From positions 179,343-243,342 of the forward strand of contig JBNZDD010013370.1 of assembly GCA_050575255.1 (NCBI GenBank): DNA of 64,000 bases, read 5' to 3'. A program made the translations under genes and the position numbers. Below the pieces are notes generated by a model, which ran no database searches, was not told where the DNA came from, and saw only the letters and a list, made by a program, of their open reading frames with translations. Position 1 is the stretch's first letter; each line of letters opens with the position of its first letter. Source of the DNA: Harriotta raleighana. Lineage: Eukaryota. Shown here in pieces: positions 13,468 to 25,400 of this stretch.

Positions 13468-16400
13468 CTGTCAGCAGAGAGTTGGGAGAAAGGTTAAATA
13501 ATAAAGCAATTGGAACAAAGGATCTGTCGGTCCTTAACACACAGCTACCTGAACATCCGCAAACACTATTTATACTCGCAGGCAACGCCCTCAACGCTGG
13601 GTACTTCACACTGTGACACCCGATAAAGAAAATAGGTGAGAAGTAAAGAGGTTAAGGGATAAATACAAGATTAGGATACAGAGAAAAGATCTGCCAAAAT
13701 CTAACATAGCACAACTAGCTCAATGAACTTTCCACTGTTTAAATGACTGACACAATCCTGATCTCTTCAGCATCACACACAAACTACAACAACAAAATTA
13801 CATTTATACAGAGTGTTTCAAATCGGGATGTGAAATGCTCATCGTCCCAAGGACGTCCCAAACTAACCACATTTCTATACCATATTGCTCTGCTCTGCAC
13901 AACCCAACATAGTATAGCTGTCGTTTCTCCACAAATTGGCATAAAATGTCAAATTCACTTGCTATAGGGAAAAACGCATCACATACTCTTGTTGGATAGG
14001 AGAATATTGTGGCAGAACTTTACTCTGAATCAAATCTCAGCTCTGTGAAAGGCACTAGACTGTACAAGTATAATTTTGTTGTTGTCGCCTGACCTCAGAA
14101 AGCTTAGCAGTACAGGATCACGTTGTCTACATTACATACCTGATTATTTATTGGTATCAACTCAGCCACGAGAACTACAATGAGATTGCCTAATCCATCA
14201 GTGAGCACCCAGGCTGCCATCACAACAGACCTCATAGAAGAGGGAGCCTGTGATGATAATAATACTTAATGATCCATACATAAGAACTAGGAGCAGGAGT
14301 AGGCCATTCAGCCCCTCGAGCCTGCCCCGCCATTTAATAGCTGATCTTCTAACCTAATTCCATTTTATAAATTTCTATAAAATCACCTCTAATTCTTCTA
14401 TATTCTAAAGAATTTATTCAATCTCTCCTCATAGATCATGACACCCCCTCATCCCAGGAACCAACCTAGTGAATCTACTCTCTGAAGCGAGTATGTCCTT
14501 TCTTAGATAAGGAGACCCAAACTGCATACTATACTCTAGGTGTGGTTTCACCAAGATCCTATGCAATTGCAGCAAAGCTTCCTTTCTATTCCCTTTTACA
14601 ATGAACGTCAATATGCCATTAGCCTTCCTGCATACTACCCTTTTACGACTAGGGTACAAGGACACTCAAATGCCTCTGAACACTAACACTCCCAAGTCTC
14701 TCCCACTCTAGAAAATAATTCGCTTTTTTAGTTTTACTACCTAGGTGAATAACTTCCCCACATTATATTCCATCTGCCGCCTCCTTGCCTGCTCTCCGAG
14801 CCTGTCTATATAAACTGATAGAAAACTTCTTGATTATCATTGAGAATATTCTTATTCAATAAGCACTGTGTATATAAACCATTTCCCCGAGACACCATGA
14901 GGTGGTGAGAGTTCACTTGATTTGTAAATGTTTAGTTACGGGCCCCCAGCTAGCTGGAGCTTCCCAAAGCCTTGTAGGATCTGCACAATGGAATCCACAC
15001 ATTCAACACGTTACCTGTGTGTAGGCCAAATGCAGGCCGGTTACTGAAAACAGGATCTCAGACATGGAGATTAGTAAGTACTGTGGAATCTGCCAAAGGA
15101 CTGAAACAGTCCTGGGATGGACATCAGTGTTTACATGCATCGTAACCTGCAAAACAAAATGTAAAAAGTATTTGAGAAACTATATTTCACTGTTTTCACT
15201 GTATAAGTGGACACGCTACCTGTCATTTTGGACAGTCTCGCTAATTCATAACAATCATAATCCTTGAATTTGATAGAGCATCTTATCAAGTTGCTTGAGC
15301 AACTTTTTATGAGCGAAATGGGGCAGCAATTGCGCTCAGCAATGTCCCACAAACAATCAAGGATGTTCTGTAAAAAAATATTTTTTTAAAAGGATTACTA
15401 CCCCCGGAAAGCGATTGACTAACGACTCCACAGCCGAAGTATGATCCTTTGAATCTTTGTGGTTTTTGAACACAAACTCACATTCTCAGGCTCAGAGCCA
15501 CTTTGTGTAACTATTTGACACACCAAACGATGGCAATATTATAGACTTTTCGTGAGTTCAGTGGAAAATATTACAATAAATGGCAAACAATATCCTAAGG
15601 ACTGCACTACATACCCACTATGGAAGACTTACATTCTCTGCAAGGTCAGCTCGATAGAATATAATTGTATAAACCCCACCATCCTTCAGATCAATCTCTC
15701 CCGTAATATTGAACAACTCAGGTCCTGACAGTTCCACAGAATATCTGAGAGAGAAAAACATAACCAAACGCCAAGGGTAACACTGAAGCTACTTTTCATA
15801 ATTCGAGTAAATAACAAAAAGTAGTTTGGAACTCCGAATGATATTAATAAAAAGCAGCTCAACACATAGAAGTATAAACTTCTGAGATTTAGCAGAAGAA
15901 AGGGAAATACAAATATATACTGGATGTAGATTCTCTGTAAAAGGGTATCAATCTTTGGAAGTTTTATATAATAATCCTTCCATTAGTTGACAAAGTGAAC
16001 AAAGGTAATACATAGCTAAAGAGGTAAATATTTAAGAAGGAAAGAGTCTTTGTTTGTGGAAGATAAGCAGGGTCTGAACTAGGCCCAAGGTGACATGCTA
16101 GACTATTGAAATCAAGTCAATCCTACACCAGCTCCCGATCCGAGTTCTCAATTCATGTTGGCTGTCATTTATTAAGAATTTAAAAAAAATATTAGTCACT
16201 ATCAAATGGATGCAACATTCTCTCCCTCACCTGCCAGGTACCAATGGTGGGTAGGTCGATGGGGTCAATGGCTTCAGAAGCAAGGGCAGAGCAGCTTCAG
16301 ACTTCCTTCTCAGTTGCAGGATGAAGGTGAGGTTTAGATTTGTCTGGTGCAGAGCAGGGAAAATGCTGCAAAAAAGGGAAATCCATTATTAGCATTTCAA

Positions 16401-19400
16401 ATACATTCTGCAATCTTTTCCAGTGACATTTATCAAATGCAAATGTTTTGAAATTAATTTACTTCAAAAACAAAATATTCAGGGCAAGACTTAGGTTAGG
16501 TCCCAAATTTTTTTGACGGTTTATAACAAAACACAACGTACCGAACAAGGGCTGTATTATCCAACAATGAGACTGTGTTGCCAGAAATCTGAAATAACAT
16601 ATCACATTACAATTGTAAATTCTCAGTTTCAAATCGGCATTTTGCCAGTCTGTTTCTTTCCCTTTTGATGAGTTTAAAAGCTAAATGCACAATAAATTAT
16701 CTTTGATTTCTCAGATGGAAAGCACGTCTACAAAAGGCCAGCTTCTGTGAGGCAGGCTATTTGTCTTCTATCGATTAAAATATAGTAATATTTATGAATT
16801 GCCTTGGGAATTAACATGAACTAGTAAAACTTTTGAGGGTCAGGTTTAGATCTAATTTTAGAACAATAATAAAGATAATAATACTTGCATTTGATGTAGC
16901 ACCTCATAATGTCATTGAAACATCTACTCATTTTGCAGAATTTGCTGTAAATTGCAGTTATAGACACTGAGTCAATGTCCCAATGAGGGACAAAGGAGCT
17001 TTTCACATCCCTTATTGGGAGCTTGACTCACAGCAGACATTGATGCGAGCTGACGGGCAGTGAGTGAGAATATAAATATGGTCCTGTTAAACTGGTTGTT
17101 GTTGTCTTGGTTGCAATGTAAACAATAATAGCATTTATACAATGCCCCTAGCGCAGGATAGTGTCCCAGAGCGCTTATCTGTGATGGGCGGAGCTGGTAC
17201 GCTCACCTGTTTGACAACAAGTTGTTGTGTTTTGAAATCTTCCACCACGAAGAGGGTTTGATAGGAACCTGTGACTGTTGTATCAATGGTTAAGTTCAAA
17301 GGCAGCAACGTTGAACAGTTCATTGGAATCATTTCTAATGTGAAGGGCACCTGATCAACTAATGGTCTGGAGACAAACTAGAAGCAGAAAGTTACTCAGG
17401 ACACATGAGGCTTAGAGCATCTTTAGATTTTTTATTTCGATGAGGTTGATTGATCTGGAAATTGAATTTTCACTTTGTTTGTGTCCCTCTGAAACACATC
17501 CACCCTCTCCAGCCACATCTAACTGCCCATCTCCCCTCCATCCTATCTTAACCCCACCCACTCCCCTCCAATCCCACCTGAGTTCCACCCACCCAGGCTT
17601 GGTTACTCACGGTCTGTGGATTGATTACAACGTTCCCCTTGGGGCTGAAGACAATGAGCTGGCAAGAAACACCGTTAAATATAGTGAGTTCTGTCGTGTC
17701 ACTGGATAACAGTGGGAGCTGTCGCTGCTGAGAAGAGATGCCGACAGAAATCCAGCAACAATTAGATTATTTTATAATACAGTTTACTCCAAAGCCTCAG
17801 TGCTTTGGGAGGATGTCTCCTGACCTTGTTAACAAAGGAGAGAAAGAGCCACTGCTCTATTTCAGTGAATGTGAATCATTTTCTCTTAATTAAGCATTTT
17901 TGTTTACAGAACACCAAAATCATGCTCTTACACAGGCTCTCCCACCTCAGATATAGATCAGGTGTAAATACAATTAATCGCTTTCACTTTGGAAATGAGA
18001 ATATAAAAAATTCAGAAAAATGAATCTAAACATCGAAGGAGATTGTTGTGTACCTGAATCTGAACCTGAACAATCCCGGCCACGATGAAGGAAATGGCCA
18101 AACCCACCATCCCAGTAGCCATCCGAGGAACAGGCCTGGGGAAGAAGACCAGGAAATCAAACCAACGCAAGACAACTCACCAATTAATGACAATCCTTTG
18201 AGAGGTAAGAGGGGGTTTCCTTAGAGCTGAACTGGCTCCAATGTGATATTTGAGGGCAATGGAATCTGGATTATTGGCAGGATTTGGAAAGGCAGAACAA
18301 TCAAGGAATCTTCTCACCCAGATCCCATTAACGCTTCAAGCCAAGGCTCGAAAGGACAGTGTGGAAAGCAGCAAGGCAGCTTGTAAGACTGCTCTCAAAG
18401 GCAAGCTATCAGTTTTTTCTGGTTAAACTCCAGCAGTTAAACACCAACACAGTTCTTACCCAATCAGTAGTTTTTTCTTCTCAAAGAAAGGATAAATGAC
18501 TCCTTCGAAGAGAGGAAGCAACAACAGCACCAGTAGAAAGTTCAGGCTCTACAACAGATTGGAAAGATATAATTAAAGAAAAGAAATTAAGACGGCTAAT
18601 CTGAAAGGTCTGTCAGTGGGTTCTATGTGCGAGGTGACCAAAGGGCCAGAGGAACAACAATAACAACAACAAAATTACACTTGTATAGATAGAGCCTTTC
18701 ATGTCAGGAGGACATCCCAAGGGGCTGGACAGTCATTGTTTCATACCGAGCTGAGGTCAGGGATGGGGAGGGATATGAGGGGATTTGGGATGACCAATGG
18801 GACCATCAAAGAGGAGGGGTCTTGAGGCGGGACTTAAAAGAGGCCAGGGAGTGGGCGAGGTGGAGGGACTGTGGGATGGAGTTCCAGAGGTTGGGGGCAG
18901 AATGGCCTCTCAGTCAGTACCTACAGTTTGTGGAGAATTTCAGCCGTGATCCATCACTCCATTAGACTGTAGGGAATGCCAGACTATGAAAGGTTACGAC
19001 GCATAAAGTGATACAGAATACGACATCAGGCTAATAATAAAACAAAAGTAAAAATCTACAATTATTGAAGTAAACTAGCGACATGTTTAGTATTTTATTC
19101 GTACTGATGGGAAGTTGGGCTGGTACCTGCATTTGGTCGGGTTTTATTCTCATTCTCCCCACGTTTCTGTCCATCTCCTGGGCCTGGAGAGTCCAGCGAG
19201 AGCCTTGCTGCTCATACAGACCCCAGTACATGGGCAGCAGTGGATACAAAGCCAGGACACGATACAACTGCTTGATCTCATCAATATTCTCACACTGTAA
19301 CAAAGCAAGCAAAAACAAAAGCCTTGTCACTGCAGTGTTAGAGGAGGGCACTGTTACCAGCTCTTCTTCAGTCTGTTTACCTACTGAGGAGCCACAACTT

Positions 19401-22400
19401 AATTACTGCCCAGCCTTTAATATTCTTTATGTGTTTCTCTTCTGTCCCTTTCTCCTCTGCTGTAGCAGAGTACGGTGTGGTACAGTTGCTCCCTATAATA
19501 TTGTAGCACAAACAATAACAACAACAAAATTACATTTATAGCGTGCCCTTCACGTCGGGAGGACGTGGAATATGGAGATGCTGTTGCAGATTCCAAATAG
19601 CAAGCCTCAAACTTGGAGAATCAGGGTATTATTATTATTATTATCTCAGGATCTAGTTTGGAACCAATAACACTATCCTTTCTGTCTCAGTGAGAATGTT
19701 GATCTGTACCCACTTGGTATTGCTGGTCAGCCCAGTCCAGCCAATGTTGCTTCGCTCCCTCCTTCCTTTTACTCAAACACCACCTGGCTTTGTTTTTGAT
19801 TGCACTCTGCGTCAATACAACAACAACAATAACAAAATTACACTTATACAGTTTAGCGCCTTTCCCCTCAGGAGAACGTCACATATAATATAACCAACAA
19901 CAGTGATATAGTCCCGACATTGTGTCTGCGTTCAAACTTGTCAATTCCGTTGTCTGATGTTGGGTAAAGTTCACAAGGGAACAGTCAGAATTTGTTTATC
20001 TCCATGTAAAAACTTTTGACCACCAAAAATGTTATATTTTTCTCAGTTTCTCCCTCAGTGGTCAAACACTTACTCCTGTTGTGAAAAACACTTTGCTGAA
20101 AAGGCTCCCAGTCGGGGTGTAGATTTTGTATTTGGAAGTTCCCAATATGAAGATCACTAAAAATAAATATAATATAACAGATTATCTCAGGTTACAGAAA
20201 CAGGTACCTGCAATACTTATAACAGTGACCAGAGGAAGACAAGGAGTATTAAAGACTCATAGAAACATAATAATAAAATAATTAACTGAACTGTTGATTG
20301 AGTAAGAAATTGAGTAAGAAACACTCTGAGACGCCATCCGGCGTGAAGGGCACTATGTAAATCAAAGTTGTTGTTGTTGAAATGAAACTTACCCAATCCT
20401 AGTAAAAGCATTACTGAAGGGATTCCAAATGCCAGGGAATAGCAGCCTGACCCAAAACACTGAATATCCTCTGTACATAGAGAAAAGGAAGAGTTACTTA
20501 TCATCTTACAAAAACAACCACTTTCCAGATGTGTCCACCCATCATAGGAGGCCATGTTTACACAGCGTTATATTAATAATAATAATAATAACACTTGGAT
20601 TTGATGTAGTGTTTTATGCCATCTTTGTGATAAGAGCCCATGTATACACAGCAGTTGAGATTCTACAATAATAATAATAATTCTTGTGTGTGTGTGTGTG
20701 TGTGTGTGGAGTAAGGAAACTTGACCAAGGTTTTGCCCTGATCTGTATGGATTCAAACACAGGTCTCACACTCGTAAGGCGAGTGAGTGCTCTAACCCAC
20801 TGAGCTACCGGAGCTCCATGTCCTTCACACTCTCAGCTCTTCCCAAATATTCAGTTTCTTACCTCTAAGAATTGGGGTAATGATTCCAGCAATTAAAGTT
20901 GCCAAATTCATGACAAAATAGAACAAGGAGAAGTAGACACGGTACTGTTTGTCCTGTGAGACACAAAGAGATTTTCATTCATTAAAAAAAACACCTCATC
21001 TGTTCTCTTGCTTTCTCTCGGCTACTGACCCTTCATTCTTTCATCTTTCAGGGTTACTTATCAAACTGTTATGTTATTCAGATAAGAGGATCCGCATTGT
21101 CAGTAACTAGCCTAGTCAACAGAACACAACTCCCATTGCTCTGTTCTATCCAATAACCTTAGGTCAAATGCTGCATCGACTAAAATTCAGAATGTACAAC
21201 AGTTGGTAACATCCTTTCTTGAGGATCAGAAGATTGTGGGTTCATGCCTCGCATCAGGACTTTGAGCTGATAGTCTAAGCATTGAAGGCAGTGCTGGGGA
21301 GTGGACCATTGTCAGCGGGACAAATCTTTAGAGAGACATTAAATTGAGGCCCTGTCGGCAAGTTTCAGATCAATTTCACTTACAAACACAGTTAACATGA
21401 TTTACAAAAACACTCAGTAAAATGCTTTAAATTAAACATTATTGTACCATAATGCTCTCTCTATACCATTGATGACAAAACAAAATCATAGAAATAACCA
21501 AATTTACACCATAAATTGAGAAACATTCAATTAATTAAGATTTATTTTGTTGGCCAACCAACCAACCAAAAAAGACTAACATTTTCACACAGCGGAATGA
21601 TGAAATCTACACTCACCTCTTTCTCACCAAGTTGATCAGCACCAAAAGGTGACATACTGGATCGGAGCCCTCCGGATCCCACAGAGATGAGGCAAAGCCC
21701 AATGTAGGAATCCACACTGACACGGGAATAGAGAGAGTTACATCACGTGGAGTTCTGGCGAGTGAAACAGAAACAGTGATTCATGTCTAAATTTCCCCGG
21801 GTAAAATCCTGATCTTGGACATCAGGAAAACAGTGAGATCAGCCGCTTTTCCACTGGAATATCTGGAACTCCAGGGCAACCCTGGACCAGCTGCTCTTTT
21901 CAATGATTGGAACAGTTGGATGGGGAGAAATGCCAGTGACTTGAAGTAACTTATCAGTCTGCCTATTCCTTCAGAATCGCACTTCATGCTTTTGAATGCT
22001 TGACATAAAGCCATAGGCATAGACCACTTGCCCTTTATTCTTCCCAACCACATGCTCCTCACTGCCCAGCTATGAGGCCCTCACTGCTGAGGGAGTCTAC
22101 ATGTCCTGAATCAGGGAGTCACCAGCATAAGCTTGGTGACGAACCTTGGCCCCAATGTGGAAAGATTCCCTTTTACCGTATGGATGGTTGAGACACACTT
22201 TGCCAAAGGGAACCTTAATGGAAACTTAAAGCAATGGACTTTCTGCAGTAGCTGCTTTTCAGTCCAGTCTACCGTCACCAGACCCACAAATAAATTGCTC
22301 TGTACTCACGCCTCCCAAACCCTGTGACCAGGAATGGCGCTCAATGATAGAACAATGGCACCAATCAGATAGATTACAGACATGATGAGAATAGTCCTGT

Positions 22401-25400
22401 AATTAAACATGGGGGGAAAAATAATTAAGTCACCTTCCATTGATGTCCATGTTATTTTTTCATCAGCCTCAAAAGGCGCTAATTAAATTCAATGATAGTT
22501 ATTACAGCATTATTAAAACATTCTGCAATGTATTTACATGTTAACAATACACAATAGTGCTGGACATTTAAATTTCATAATCATGGTACGTGTTAACTTT
22601 ACACATTAGTGTTACATGTCAACATGCGTCCAGTCCATTCATTCTACAGTCTATCATGTGAAGCGCTTTGAGCCATCTCGAAGACTTGATAAGGTGCTGT
22701 ATCAAATACAAGGATTATTGTTATTATTACACTAACTTTAACAGCAGTGCTGTGAAGCACCCTTAAAGGGTGGGTGGATTGCTGGTGTGTATGACGGTTG
22801 TTATTCTGTTAATACCTGTATCGGCCACAGCAGAAGTCAGAGAGCACAGCACCCAGGATAGTGATGAACGTAGAGAGGAAGATAAACACATGGTAGAGAG
22901 ATGTGGCTCTTCTCTGAGAGAGGACCAGGACATTAGTGAAGTAGATTACAAGGATCGCTGGAACAAGCAGAGATATTTATGAGAGAACTCATTGAATTAA
23001 CGTATTGCTCGCCCTGCCCTGGCGTCACCAGCCTGGAAAGTACAACTGTTTATAGTTAGATCTGTCACCAACATGTGAAACGCAGTATTCAGTCAGTGTG
23101 CGATCTGAAAGAAAATAAATATTTGATACTATAGTTTTCTCTCTGGGAGGGTTTGATTCTCAGCACTTAATTTCTAGTTTGCGTACTGATTAATCCTGAT
23201 CTGACTGCAGCCACAGTTCAACATTACTATTATGTTGTATTTCTATTTTAATCAGTGACAAACATACATTTTAGTTTGGATTAATGTCATGTTTACCAGT
23301 CACTTCTCCTCCCCCCCCCCCCCCCCCCCGCCATCATCTGTACCTTTAATATTTACCTCTGATTCCAAAGTAAGTGCATTTTTCAAAGAACTCTGTTATT
23401 ACAATAAATATGGCAGGAGTTGGCAGATGGCAAAGTTTCTGCAACAGAAAATACCATAGTTATAAACCATAATAATGCAGCAATAAACTATAATAACGCA
23501 GCGATAAACTCTAAACCAAGCGTAGAAGCTGCAGAGATTTATCTTTTAATAAGGTCTTACCACAACCTGCCTGTCAGCTCAAAACAGAATCACATGAGGA
23601 CAGTGAAGATATACAAATTATGTTTTAGTGTTACAGTAACGGTCAGCAGACCACACTCCAGTTGGATGTTATACAGGCAGTCCTCAAGTTACGTCAGGGT
23701 TAGGTTCCTAAGATTTGGTGTAAGTCGAATTTGTATGTAAGTCGAGTCACCCCCCTATAATGCTTACAGTAACATACAGTGATTGATTGTAGTGTATAGT
23801 GAGCTGCCCTCTCTCCCCTGCACCCCTCCTAATATGTACAGTACTGTAAATAAAATAAAATATTACTGTGTACTTACAAGGCTTCATTGTGAGTCTGGCA
23901 CTCGATGTAGCGCAACGCAGGAGATCACACGCGATGTAGCGCAACGCAGATCACATGCGACATAGAGCAACGCAGGAGATCACGCGTGACGTAGCGCAAC
24001 GCAGATCATGCGTGACGTAGCGCAACGCAGATCACACGTGACGTAGCGCATTCTGAAGGCTGGAGAGTACTGTCCCGCCGAGCTCACAGCCTCACACAGT
24101 ACCTGTACAGTACACACTCGCGTCTCGCCTCCATCCTGTTCCTGAACGCGTATCGTTGTCCCGTAAATGTTGAGAGCGGCGACCCCAGGTTTCTATCGCG
24201 CGTGGGGCAACTAAAGTATTTACATAGTAGTGTCGTAACTTCGAGAACTTGGATGTAACTCGGACGTAATTTTACTGATTTTAAGTTTCTTAACTTCGAA
24301 TTGTCGTACCTCGAAACGTCGTAACTAGAGGACTGCCTGTATTGGAGTCAGACACCTTCACAGTTACATTCTATACAGTCAGACACCTAGACAGTCAGAT
24401 ATAAACAGTCAGACTTCAACACGGATAGACGTTATGGAGCAAGTCTCACAGACAATCGGATTAGCATATTACATCAACACGTGTTTACATTAGATGCATT
24501 ATATGTTTACATTAAAGAGATGAGGATTGTGAACTCGATCCTCTTAAGAGACGGGGAGCCAGTGGAGCTGAGTGAAGGTGGGTGTGATAGGATCACGGAG
24601 CCTGGTGTGGGAGAGGACATGAGCTGCAGAGTTCTGGATGATCTGCAGCTTGTGGAGAGTTGAATTGGGAAGGCTGACAGGCAGTGCCTTGGCAGAGTCA
24701 AACATGGTTGTAATGGAGGCACATATGAGGGTTTTGGTGGCCCGAGGTTGTGAGGCAGTGGGGGAGTCGGGCAATGTTGTGGAGGTGGAGATAAGGCAGA
24801 GCAGATCAAGGCACGGATGTGGGTTGGGAAAGGACAGTTGAGGATCAAACACTGACTGATTTGGTGGGTTGGTGTGTGCATCCTTATATTCTGCCAGTGT
24901 CTGAGGTGTGGAGGTNAAAGTAAGTGCATTTTTCAAAGAACTCTGTTATTACAATAAATATGGCAGGAGTTGGCAGATGGCAAAGTTTCTGCAACAGAAA
25001 ATACCATAGTTATAAACCATAATAATGCAGCAATAAACTATAATAACGCAGCGATAAACTCTAAACCAAGCGTAGAAGCTGCAGAGATTTATCTTTTAAT
25101 AAGGTCTTACCACAACCTGCCTGTCAGCTCAAAACAGAATCACATGAGGACAGTGAAGATATACAAATTATGTTTTAGTGTTACAGTAACGGTCAGCAGA
25201 CCACACTCCAGTTGGATGTTATACAGGCAGTCCTCAAGTTACGTCAGGGTTAGGTTCCTAAGATTTGGTGTAAGTCGAATTTGTATGTAAGTCGAGTCAC
25301 CCCCCTATAATGCTTACAGTAACATACAGTGATTGATTGTAGTGTATAGTGAGCTGCCCTCTCTCCCCTGCACCCCTCCTAATATGTACAGTACTGTAAA

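Noticed and set aside
17032-17091. Possible extra 60-nt in-frame SLC15 exon (FNRTIFIFSLTARQLASMSA)
   Set aside because: The acceptor lacks a pyrimidine tract, and the flanking exons already join in phase and fit the PepT layout without it.
19083-19541. 152-aa + strand ORF
   Set aside because: It is antisense to a real SLC15 exon and has no recognisable motifs.
23904-24050. Repeat array superficially like CRISPR
   Set aside because: Head-to-tail repeats without unique spacers, inside a eukaryotic MITE, with no cas genes.
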